Translations under genes and position numbers: made by a program
Assembly: GCA_963778115.1 (NCBI GenBank)
Contig: CAVZSV010000004.1
Span: 1,568,001-1,632,000, forward strand
Source: an uncultured delta proteobacterium
GTDB lineage: Bacteria; Bdellovibrionota; FAC87; UBA2466
Reading direction: 5' to 3'
Length of the DNA stretch: 64,000 bases
In this document: one piece after another, positions 18,574-27,416 of the stretch
How the letters are laid out: every line of letters starts with the position of its first letter
Numbering within the stretch: the first letter of the stretch is position 1
The notes under the pieces: model-generated
The model's input: only the letters and a program-made list of their open reading frames with translations
Database searches by the model: none
What the model was told of the DNA's origin: nothing

Positions 18574-20094
18574 ATGGAACATATCTTAAGTTGGATGACT
18601 TTTATTCCACTGATCGGAATGGTGGTGGTACTCTGCTTACCAGGAAAAGCACACAACCTAATCCGCTGGACCAGCGTGATAGCAACTCTGATACCGCTCA
18701 TACTGGGTGTCATATTATTCCTCAACTTCGATCGCACTTCGTCGTCGGTTCAATTTGTGGAGCACGCCCCCTGGCTTCCCTTCGATATCCATTATTACTT
18801 GGGAGTAGATGGGTTAAGTATCCCGATGGTTTTACTTACGGCGTTGCTCTCTTTTCTGTGCATCTTTGCGTCTTGGGGCATTGAAGATGCCGTTAAGGGC
18901 TATTTCTCTATGTTCCTTTTTCTTGAGACGGGCATGATGGGGGTTTTCTGCTCCCTCGACTTCTTTCTCTTCTTCGTCTTCTGGGAAGTCATGCTACTCC
19001 CGATGTACTTTCTGATCGGTATCTGGGGAGGCAAAAATAAAGTCTACGCCGCCATTAAGTTTTTTCTCTATACCCTTTTTGGCTCCGTTTTGATGTTGCT
19101 GGTGATGGTCGGAATGTACTGGTACTCGGAACCCCACTCCTTTGACCTATTACAATTAGCGTCTGCCCACGCATTTACGGGAAAAACGATTACGCTATTT
19201 GGCGCTCAATTCGCTTTGGATAAACTGTTCTGGATAGGCCTATTTATCGGGTTCGCCATCAAGGTTCCCATCTGGCCGTTCCATACTTGGTTACCTTGGG
19301 CCCACGTCGAAGCGCCAACTGCCGTCTCCGTCATTCTGGCTGGTGTTCTGCTAAAGATGGGAACTTACGGCATCCTAAGAATGAACTATCCGATCTTACC
19401 GGAAGCCACTTATTGGGCCGCCAACGCGCTGGCCATTTTGGGAGTCATCAATATTCTTTACGGGGCTTTCTGCGCGATGGCGCAAAAAGATCTGAAGAAA
19501 TTAGTGGCCTACTCTTCGGTCTCCCACATGGGATATGTCCTTTTGGGAATGGCAACTCTCACCACAGCCGGTGTGAATGGAGCCGTTCTTCAGATGTTTA
19601 ACCACGGTACCTCTACCGCCATGTTATTTCTTTTGGTCGGCGTTCTGTACGATCGCGCTCACCACCGCTGGATCGTCAAACCCGACGGTTCCAAAGGTTT
19701 TGGCGGGATAGCGACAGTGGTACCGGTGTACACAGCCATTATGGGGCTTGCTGTATTTGCCTCATTAGGTCTGCCGGGACTCAGTGGTTTTATCAGTGAA
19801 GCACTTGTCTTTTTGGGAGCTTTCTCCAAAACGCAGTTCCAGACCTACACCGTGGTGGGCTCGCTCGGAATCGTTCTCGGCGCTGCTTATCTATTGTGGA
19901 TGTTCATGCGGGTATTCTTAGGTCCTTTGAATGAAGAATATAAAGGACTTACCGATATGAACTTGCGCGAAAAGCTGACCCTAATGCCTTTATGCGCTTT
20001 GGTCATCGTACTGGGGGTTTATCCCATGCCCGTGCTTAATCTGATGGGCGAGACTGTTTCAAAGCTGGTAAATATTTTCAAAACTTTTGGTTGA
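18574..20094 (+). CDS. nuoM: Complex I subunit M (set 1)
   Basis: GVDGLS, FWEVMLLPMY, IKVPIWPFHTWLPWAHVEAP, LLKMGTYG, QMFNHG, GFISE. Confidence 0.97.
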   Translation: MEHILSWMTFIPLIGMVVVLCLPGKAHNLIRWTSVIATLIPLILGVILFLNFDRTSSSVQFVEHAPWLPFDIHYYLGVDGLSIPMVLLTALLSFLCIFASWGIEDAVKGYFSMFLFLETGMMGVFCSLDFFLFFVFWEVMLLPMYFLIGIWGGKNKVYAAIKFFLYTLFGSVLMLLVMVGMYWYSEPHSFDLLQLASAHAFTGKTITLFGAQFALDKLFWIGLFIGFAIKVPIWPFHTWLPWAHVEAPTAVSVILAGVLLKMGTYGILRMNYPILPEATYWAANALAILGVINILYGAFCAMAQKDLKKLVAYSSVSHMGYVLLGMATLTTAGVNGAVLQMFNHGTSTAMLFLLVGVLYDRAHHRWIVKPDGSKGFGGIATVVPVYTAIMGLAVFASLGLPGLSGFISEALVFLGAFSKTQFQTYTVVGSLGIVLGAAYLLWMFMRVFLGPLNEEYKGLTDMNLREKLTLMPLCALVIVLGVYPMPVLNLMGETVSKLVNIFKTFG

Positions 20095-20103
20095 GGCATT
20101 TTT

Positions 20104-21594
20104 GTGACACCGGAACTTCTTTCAAGTCTAAAAGTCTTTGCCCCTGAGATAATGATCATTGGCTTTCTGGTTTTGCTTTTCTTGCTCGATGGCTTTTTGC
20201 CGAAAATGCGCTCCAGTGAAGCGCCGCTCGTCGTAACCTTCTTGGGCTTTTGCTGCGCTTTGGTCCTCACTTACGTCGTATCCAAACCTGGAAGATTTAA
20301 CATGGCCTTTTCCGGTTCTCTGGCCAGCGATGCTTTCACGACGTTCTTTCGCTATCTCTTTTTCTTGGCGGGTGCTGCCACCTGCTACTTGGCCTTTGGC
20401 TCGGGAGAACTGAAAGCCAAGAGCCGGGTCGAGTTTTCGCTACTTCTTTTGTGCGTCACTTTTGGCCTTAGTTTAATGGCCATGGCCACCAACCTGCTTG
20501 TGCTCTATATCGGAATAGAAACGGTCAGTATCATCTCTTTCGTATTGGCCGGCTTTCATCGCGATGACGCCAAGTCGAATGAAGCTTCCTTTAAATACCT
20601 CGTTTTCGGAGCGCTCGCTTCGGGGACGATGCTTTATGGCTTCAGCCTCATCTACGGCTATACCGGAAGCCTTTATTACGATGGAATTAACAAATTTCTC
20701 ATTGCTAATCCGCAAGGAGCACCTTTAACGCTTAATCTGTCGTTAGCTCTGATCTACTTGGGGCTAGCCTATAAGATCTCAGCCTTCCCGATGCATTTTT
20801 GGACCCCGGATGTCTACGAAGGATCTCCAACCCCGGTCGCCGCTTTTTTCTCCATCGGACCTAAAGCAGCTGGCTTTGCCGCTGTCGTGAGGATCTTGAA
20901 AAGTGCCTTCTCCATCCCCGTAGGAGATGGGACGTTGAAGCCATTGGAAAATATTCCCATCGTCCACGGAATCGCTTTAGCCGCCGCGGCTACCATGGTG
21001 GTGGGAAACCTCAGCGCTATCGGACAACGAAGCGTCAAAAGAATGTTGGCCTATTCAAGTATTGCGCATGTCGGTTACATGCTGATGGGGTTAGTCTCCT
21101 ACAACTTCTTCGGAGTCTCGGCCATCTTGTTTTATCTCGTGGCCTACTACGCCATGAACTTTGGCGCTTTTTGGGTGGTGAGCATCGTCGTGGATATTCG
21201 GGGAAATGATGATCTGGATTCGTTTCGAGGCATGGGGTGGTCGATGCCGGTGTTGGGCGTGTGCATGGGCATCTTCCTCTTTTCACTAACCGGTATTCCC
21301 CTGTTCGCCGGTTTCATAGGAAAATTTCTTCTTTTTACAACGGTTATTAAGACTCCAGGATTTCTGTGGCTTGCGATTTTGGGAGTACTTAATAGTGTAG
21401 TGTCGTTGTACTACTACACGAAGGTTTTAAAGGCCATGTGGCTTGAGCGTCCCGCGACGACCACCCTACCCATGAAACTGTCCTTCTACCACGGGTTCGG
21501 TCTGGTCGCTTTGGCGGTTCCAACGATTTTACTAGGAATCTTTTTTACGCCGGTGTGGCGGTTTGCAGAAGCCTCGCTAAGCGTGTTCTTCTAG
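20104..21594 (+). CDS. nuoN: Complex I subunit N (set 1)
   Basis: EASFKY, YKISAFPMHFWTPDVYEGSP, KRMLAYSSIAHVGY, GFIGKF. Confidence 0.96.
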   Translation: MTPELLSSLKVFAPEIMIIGFLVLLFLLDGFLPKMRSSEAPLVVTFLGFCCALVLTYVVSKPGRFNMAFSGSLASDAFTTFFRYLFFLAGAATCYLAFGSGELKAKSRVEFSLLLLCVTFGLSLMAMATNLLVLYIGIETVSIISFVLAGFHRDDAKSNEASFKYLVFGALASGTMLYGFSLIYGYTGSLYYDGINKFLIANPQGAPLTLNLSLALIYLGLAYKISAFPMHFWTPDVYEGSPTPVAAFFSIGPKAAGFAAVVRILKSAFSIPVGDGTLKPLENIPIVHGIALAAAATMVVGNLSAIGQRSVKRMLAYSSIAHVGYMLMGLVSYNFFGVSAILFYLVAYYAMNFGAFWVVSIVVDIRGNDDLDSFRGMGWSMPVLGVCMGIFLFSLTGIPLFAGFIGKFLLFTTVIKTPGFLWLAILGVLNSVVSLYYYTKVLKAMWLERPATTTLPMKLSFYHGFGLVALAVPTILLGIFFTPVWRFAEASLSVFF

Positions 21595-21616
21595 TTTGGT
21601 TTTTGATGAGGATCTA

Positions 21617-21979
21617 GTGGAAGCTTTCTTACCCATTGCAGTGTTACTTATCTTTGCGCTGATCGTTTGTGCCGCAATCTTTGTGATTACCAATGTATTG
21701 GGGCCGAATAATCCCGTTGCGAGTAAATTGTCGGTTTATGAGTGTGGCGTAAAACCTGAAGGCACTGCCCGAGCCCCTTTTAGAAACCAGTTTTATCTCA
21801 TCGCGGTTTTATTTCTGCTGTTTGATGTGGAAGGAGCCTTTTTTCTCCCTTGGGCTTTAGTCTATCGCGAGTCATTAATAACGGGCGGAACTCTGCTCTT
21901 GGCTCTTGTAGTTTACATGGCTCTGATGGTCTTAGGTCTGGTTTATATTTTTAAGAAGGATTGTTTGCGACTCCGCTAG
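21617..21979 (+). CDS. nuoA: Complex I subunit A (set 2)
   Basis: YECGVKPEG, FYLIAVLFLLFDVE; GTG 21617 with GAGGA SD. Confidence 0.95.
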   Translation: MEAFLPIAVLLIFALIVCAAIFVITNVLGPNNPVASKLSVYECGVKPEGTARAPFRNQFYLIAVLFLLFDVEGAFFLPWALVYRESLITGGTLLLALVVYMALMVLGLVYIFKKDCLRLR

Positions 21980-22024
21980 TGGCGGGTAGTCGAAATCAAC
22001 GGATTGGACAAATGGATTGGCCAA

Positions 22025-23089
22025 ATGGACTGGATTGATATCGTCATCATGGTGCTCAAAGTCCTACTGATCTACGTAGGACTCATTCAAGTCGTGCCTG
22101 TCATGATTTGGGTGGAGCGAAAGGGAGCTGCTCTCATTCAGGACAGACCGGGTCCCAACCGGGTGGGCTGGTTCGGTCTTTTGCAGCCGGTAGCCGATGC
22201 CGTAAAGTTTCTCTTCAAAGAAGATCCCGTACCTTCCCACGTCAATCGGCTGCTTTATAATCTAGGTCCTTTTCTGACATTATTGCCGGCATCCCTTACT
22301 ATCGCAGCCCTTCCCATCGCCGACTTCATGGTCTTCTCGGGGAGACGAATCCCTCTGCAGATCACCGAACTGGATGTGGGATTGGTTTACGTTTTGGCCA
22401 TTAGTTCCCTTGGAATCTACGGCATTCTTTTCGGAGGCTGGGCCTCCAACAATAAGTTCTCGCTCATTGGAGCCATGCGATCGTCGTCACAAATCATTAG
22501 TTACGAAATTCCATTGGGTTTGGCGGCAGCAGCGGCAGTTACCGTTTATGGCACTTGGAATTTAAGAGAAATGGTCGTGTTCCAGCAAGGAACAATCGCA
22601 GGCTGGATTCCCAATTGGGGAATCTTCTACCAGCCGCTAGGCTTTTTGATTTTCTTTATCTCAGCCTTTGCGGAAACCAACCGCCTTCCCTTCGACCTCC
22701 CCGAGACCGAAGCGGAGCTGGTGGCCGGCTACCATACGGAATATGGCAGCATGAAATTCGCTACCTTTTTCATGGCGGAATATATGAATTTGGCTGTCGT
22801 CTCGGGCATGATGGCAACCCTGTATTTCGGAGGATGGCACCTTCCCTGGATTTCGGACAACACGTTGCTAACTTGGTTGGGCTCGCGAAATCTAGTGGCC
22901 ATCATTCAGGTAATCACCTTTACCATCAAAGTTTCTATCTCCATGTGCGTTTTCGTCTGGGTTCGCTGGACGATTCCTCGATTTCGGTTCGATCAGTTGA
23001 TGAGACTGGCTTGGGAGAATTTAATTCCACTTGCGATGCTAAACATTCTGGGAACCGCGGTCCTGCTCTATTTGAAAGATCGAGTATGA
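22025..23089 (+). CDS. nuoH: Complex I subunit H (set 2)
   Basis: ERKGAALIQDRPGPNRVG, AETNRLPFDLPETEAELVAG, RFRFDQ; alternative start TTG 22004. Confidence 0.97.
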   Translation: MDWIDIVIMVLKVLLIYVGLIQVVPVMIWVERKGAALIQDRPGPNRVGWFGLLQPVADAVKFLFKEDPVPSHVNRLLYNLGPFLTLLPASLTIAALPIADFMVFSGRRIPLQITELDVGLVYVLAISSLGIYGILFGGWASNNKFSLIGAMRSSSQIISYEIPLGLAAAAAVTVYGTWNLREMVVFQQGTIAGWIPNWGIFYQPLGFLIFFISAFAETNRLPFDLPETEAELVAGYHTEYGSMKFATFFMAEYMNLAVVSGMMATLYFGGWHLPWISDNTLLTWLGSRNLVAIIQVITFTIKVSISMCVFVWVRWTIPRFRFDQLMRLAWENLIPLAMLNILGTAVLLYLKDRV

Positions 23090-23598
23090 AAGAAGCCGTA
23101 TTTGTCTTTTTTACCTTAGTAACGATTGGTTTTGCCCTTGGCGTCGTGTTTGCCAAGAACGCGGTTTATAGCGCGTTCAGCTTGGTGCTCTGTTTTTTCA
23201 GCCTCTCGGCCATCTACGTCTTGTGGGGCGCTACCTTTATCGCGGTGGTTCAAGTCCTCATCTATACAGGTGCCATCGTAGTGCTTTTCCTCTTTGTCGT
23301 GATGCTCCTCGATATGGCAAAGGGGACTATCAATCTATCGGCAGGATGGGTGATGGCGGCCGTCGCAGGAGCGGCATCTTGGATCTTTGCCGTGTTACTT
23401 TTGAGAACGCTTAATAAGACCGGAGTTCCCGTTCCGACGGGGACGCTAAACGCCATCGACATTAGAACCATCTCCAAACTTCTTTTTACCGACTATCTGT
23501 GGCCGTTTGAGGTGCTGTCCATCTTCATGTTGGCGCTCATCGTAGCCGTTTTTGCTCTGGCGAGACCCGAGCAAGCCGAGAGGGAGAAGCAGAAGTGA
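23086..23598 (+). CDS. nuoJ: Complex I subunit J (set 2)
   Basis: VQVLIYTGAIVVLFLFVVMLL, YLWPFE; likely true start ATG 23086 in an ATGA overlap with nuoH. Confidence 0.95.
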   Translation: MKEAVFVFFTLVTIGFALGVVFAKNAVYSAFSLVLCFFSLSAIYVLWGATFIAVVQVLIYTGAIVVLFLFVVMLLDMAKGTINLSAGWVMAAVAGAASWIFAVLLLRTLNKTGVPVPTGTLNAIDIRTISKLLFTDYLWPFEVLSIFMLALIVAVFALARPEQAEREKQK

Positions 23599-23915
23599 AT
23601 TTTAACCAATCCCCCGAACTATTGCACTGGTCACACTATTTAGCCGTCGCACTCTTCGCTCTAGGACTATTGGGCTTTTTGGTTCGAAAAAACGCTATTG
23701 TAGTCTTGATGTGTGTGGAGTTGATGCTGAATTCGGTAAACCTGATCCTGGTTGAAGTTTCGATGCGAACAGGCCGTCCCGAAGGCATCATCATGGTGGT
23801 TTTTGTTATTACGGTCGCCGCCGCGGAAGCGGCAGTGGGGCTGGGCATCATTCTCAACTTATATCGACTAAAAGATACCGTGGAGATGGACGCTTTTAAG
23901 ACTTTGCAGGGATAA
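23595..23915 (+). CDS. nuoK: Complex I subunit K (set 2)
   Basis: MCVELMLNSVN, VAAAEAAVGLG. Confidence 0.96.
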   Translation: MNFNQSPELLHWSHYLAVALFALGLLGFLVRKNAIVVLMCVELMLNSVNLILVEVSMRTGRPEGIIMVVFVITVAAAEAAVGLGIILNLYRLKDTVEMDAFKTLQG

Positions 23916-23919
23916 AGCA

Positions 23920-25821
23920 ATGGGCATTCTAATATTACTCATGATCGGCATCCCCCTTATCGGGAGCATTGTGAACGGACTCATCGTTCGTTCCACCGAT
24001 GCAAAAAAGGCGGGACTCGTCGCCACCTTGGCCGCTGGTTCGAGCTTCGTTCTGGCCGCCGTACTTTGGCTTAGCTACCTCAGCTCAGGCAATCCCATCG
24101 CCATCTCTTTCTCTTGGTTTTCGGCCGGCGATATTACGGTCAACTGGGGATTTCGCTATGACGCTTTGACCGCGATGATGACTCTCATGGTGACCGGCAT
24201 CGGCACCGTGATCCATCTTTACTCTATCGGCTACATGTCCCACGAGCCAACGCCTTACCGTTATTTCGCATATCTCAACCTGTTCCTCTTTAGCATGCTC
24301 ACTTTAGTGACTGGCGACAATCTTCCCGTCATGTTTGTAGGTTGGGAAGGGGTGGGATTGTGTTCCTATCTGTTGATAGGTTATTGGTATCAGGACATTG
24401 ATAAAGCAAACGCCGGGATTAAGGCTTTCGTAGTCAATCGCATCGGAGACGCAGGTTTCTTGCTCGGTATTTTTCTCTGTTTCCAACTCTTTCATTCGGC
24501 AACTTTTACCACCATTGCGGACTTCTTAAAGCAGCCCGCGGCTTCGTCACTCAATTTAACGCTTCTCAACTGCACGGCACTTTGTCTGTTTATCGGAGCC
24601 ATGGGTAAGTCGGCCCAGATACCGTTATACGTCTGGCTTCCCGATGCGATGGCGGGCCCCACTCCGGTCAGTGCTCTCATCCACGCCGCCACCATGGTGA
24701 CGGCCGGTGTCTATCTTATCGCGCGAATGAATTTCCTTTTCATGATCACTTCCGATACGAGTGCTTTCGTAGCGCTTATTGGAGGAATCACAGCCCTTTT
24801 CGCGGCAACCATAGCCGTGGCACAAATGGATATTAAGAAAGTTCTCGCTTACTCCACGGTAAGCCAATTGGGACTAATGTTTTTGGCGTTGGGAACTAGA
24901 AACTACTTTGCCGCTATCTTTCACGTACTGACCCATGCTTTTTTCAAAGCCTTACTTTTCCTCGGGGCAGGTAGCGTCATCCATGCGGTCGGCGGTGAAC
25001 AAGACATTCGAAAAATGGGAGGGCTCCGCAAGAAGCTCCCCATGACTCATCTCACTTTCTTAATAGGAACGATCGCCATAGCAGGAGTTCCTCCGCTGGC
25101 TGGATTCTTCAGTAAGGATCTTATTCTCTTCGGGTCCCTCATGGCCGAGAGAAATGCGCGAACCCTGTGGCTTCTAGGGTCACTCGCTTCGGTGCTAACC
25201 GCCTTTTACATGGGCCGGCTCTACTTCTCCGTGTTTTCCGGGGAATATCGCGGTTCCGCTCACCCGCACGAAAGTCCCCCCGTAATGACCATTCCTCTGG
25301 CCATCTTAGCCGTGGGAAGTGTCTTAGCCGGATTTCTGGGAGTGCCTGAGTCCTGGCATTTGATGCCCAATATTTTAGGCCACTTTCTTTCACCGGTGCT
25401 TCACGAGCTGCCGGAATCTCCCACCTTTATCTCGGAGTCGCTCGCCATGGGGATCGCCACCTCTCTGGCCGTCCTAGCCATTGTGGTGGCTTGGGCAATT
25501 TACGGCGGAGAGCGCGCGGGCAAAGCCCTCGAGCACAAGAAGCTGCGCCCTATCACGACCATCTTGGCCAACAAATATTGGATCGACGAGCTTTACGAAA
25601 TTCTCTTTATTAATCCCTTTCGTTACCTTTCGTCTTTCCTCGCCAAATTCGTCGACATTCGCATCATAGATGGGGCGGTCCTGGTACCTGCGCGACTGGC
25701 TCGAACGGGAGCTACCATTCTTAGCCTCGTCCAAGCCGGAGCCACTCAGTTCTACCTTCTCGTCATGCTCATCGGAGCCGTGTTGGTCCTGTGGTTTGCA
25801 TTGAAGGGAGCGGTCCTCTAA
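23920..25821 (+). CDS. nuoL: Complex I subunit L (set 2), canonical-length lateral helix
   Basis: GWEGVGLCSYLLIG, GKSAQIPLYVWLPDAMAGPTPVSALIHAATMV, FFSKD. Confidence 0.97.
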   Translation: MGILILLMIGIPLIGSIVNGLIVRSTDAKKAGLVATLAAGSSFVLAAVLWLSYLSSGNPIAISFSWFSAGDITVNWGFRYDALTAMMTLMVTGIGTVIHLYSIGYMSHEPTPYRYFAYLNLFLFSMLTLVTGDNLPVMFVGWEGVGLCSYLLIGYWYQDIDKANAGIKAFVVNRIGDAGFLLGIFLCFQLFHSATFTTIADFLKQPAASSLNLTLLNCTALCLFIGAMGKSAQIPLYVWLPDAMAGPTPVSALIHAATMVTAGVYLIARMNFLFMITSDTSAFVALIGGITALFAATIAVAQMDIKKVLAYSTVSQLGLMFLALGTRNYFAAIFHVLTHAFFKALLFLGAGSVIHAVGGEQDIRKMGGLRKKLPMTHLTFLIGTIAIAGVPPLAGFFSKDLILFGSLMAERNARTLWLLGSLASVLTAFYMGRLYFSVFSGEYRGSAHPHESPPVMTIPLAILAVGSVLAGFLGVPESWHLMPNILGHFLSPVLHELPESPTFISESLAMGIATSLAVLAIVVAWAIYGGERAGKALEHKKLRPITTILANKYWIDELYEILFINPFRYLSSFLAKFVDIRIIDGAVLVPARLARTGATILSLVQAGATQFYLLVMLIGAVLVLWFALKGAVL

Positions 25822-27416
25822 TGATGTCTTATCTTCTTGTAGCACTCGTTGTTCTGCCGTTATTAGGAGCCGCAGTTCTCGTACCACTGGCGGAACGGAC
25901 GGCAAAACCGATCGCTCTGGTGACGACGCTCATTGGGTTTGTGCTATCGATTATTCTCTATTTTAAGTTCGATGCCGATCATGCAAGCCAACTTCAGTTT
26001 GGATTCGCTTATAGCTGGATCAAATCGCTCAATATTCAATTCGGGCTTGGGGTCGACGGAATCAGCTTCCCGCTCGTGTTGCTCACAAAATTCATGATGC
26101 CCATTGCGGTTTTGGCCAGTTGGGGCGAAAAACGACGTGAGCGCGCTTTCATGACGGCCTTTCTGGTCTTAGACGCCGCCATGACGGGAACTTTCCTAGC
26201 TACCGATATTTTTCTCTTTTATGTCTTTTGGGAACTCATGCTCATCCCGATGATCCTCATCATCGGAATCTGGGGGAGTCAGGACCGGATCTACGCGTCT
26301 ATCAAATTTTTTCTTTTTACGTTCGCCGGAAGTGTCTTGATGTTAGTCGGCATTTTCTGGATCTTTGCAGCGCACCAGACTCAGTTTGGTTTTCCCACGG
26401 GTGAGATTCACTCCTTCTATCGACTAACTTTTAGCAACGATCCGGTTTGGTTGGGCCTTGCGATCAAGGATTGGATCTTTTTGGCTTTCACACTCGCCTT
26501 TGCGATTAAGATTCCTCTATTCCCGCTTCACACTTGGCTGCCCGACGCCCACGTTCAGGCTCCTACCGGCGGTAGTATCCTCTTGGCCGCAGTGTTACTT
26601 AAGATGGGAACTTACGGCATTTTGCGGTTCTCCATTCCCATCTGTCCTAGCTCTTTTACCCTTTTTGCTCCAAGCCTTGCCGTCCTGTCATTAGTGGGAA
26701 TCGTCTATGGAGCTTGGGTCGCCTTTCAGCAGACTGATTTTAAGAAGTTGGTCGCTTATTCCTCGGTGAGCCATTTGGGTTTTGTGATGTTGGGACTTTG
26801 TGCCACCAACGGAGAAGGGCTGACAGGTGCCGTGTTGCAGATGGTAAACCACGGATTAAGCACGGGCGCTTTATTCCTATTGGTTGGGGCGCTTTACGAG
26901 CGCCGCCACAGCCGCAATTTTGCTGACTTTGGCGGACTTGCCGAGTGCTTACCTTGGTTCGCCGTCTTCCTAGTATTTGTCTCTTGTTCCAGCATGGCGG
27001 TTCCCGGCCTTAACGGCTTTGTCGGTGAATTCCTCATCCTCTTTGGAACTTTCAAATTTAACCATGTCTGGGGATCAGTGGCGGTCACGGGCGTCATCTT
27101 TGGAGCGGTGTACATGCTACTTATGTTGAGGAAAGTTCTCTTCGGCGGGAACGTTTCCCAAGAGAATCGCTCTCTGTCCGATTTAGTAGCTCGTGATTGG
27201 GCAGCCCTGGTCCCGCTAACCGTCTGTATCGTTGTATTGGGGGTATACCCGAATTTCCTCTTGGGTAAAGTACACAAGTCCCTTGAAGACTATTGGCCAG
27301 GGATAACCGCATCGCAGACACTAGCCCCCGCGGTGAAGACGACAAACGCATCGGGCACCTCGCCAAACGCTGCCCTCAATGTCCAGACGGTGGTCGCTTC
27401 GGAGACTAAGCCATGA
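25821..27416 (+). CDS. nuoM: Complex I subunit M (set 2)
   Basis: GVDGIS, FWELMLIPM, IKIPLFPLHTWLPDAHVQAP, QMVNHG, GFVGE; TAATG overlap with nuoL. Confidence 0.97.
   Translation: MMSYLLVALVVLPLLGAAVLVPLAERTAKPIALVTTLIGFVLSIILYFKFDADHASQLQFGFAYSWIKSLNIQFGLGVDGISFPLVLLTKFMMPIAVLASWGEKRRERAFMTAFLVLDAAMTGTFLATDIFLFYVFWELMLIPMILIIGIWGSQDRIYASIKFFLFTFAGSVLMLVGIFWIFAAHQTQFGFPTGEIHSFYRLTFSNDPVWLGLAIKDWIFLAFTLAFAIKIPLFPLHTWLPDAHVQAPTGGSILLAAVLLKMGTYGILRFSIPICPSSFTLFAPSLAVLSLVGIVYGAWVAFQQTDFKKLVAYSSVSHLGFVMLGLCATNGEGLTGAVLQMVNHGLSTGALFLLVGALYERRHSRNFADFGGLAECLPWFAVFLVFVSCSSMAVPGLNGFVGEFLILFGTFKFNHVWGSVAVTGVIFGAVYMLLMLRKVLFGGNVSQENRSLSDLVARDWAALVPLTVCIVVLGVYPNFLLGKVHKSLEDYWPGITASQTLAPAVKTTNASGTSPNAALNVQTVVASETKP

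Noticed and set aside
22555..23085. N-terminal extension of the 347-aa ORF (apparent NuoJ fusion)
   Set aside because: It is an alternate frame inside nuoH-2; NuoJ homology starts at ATG 23086 in an ATGA overlap.
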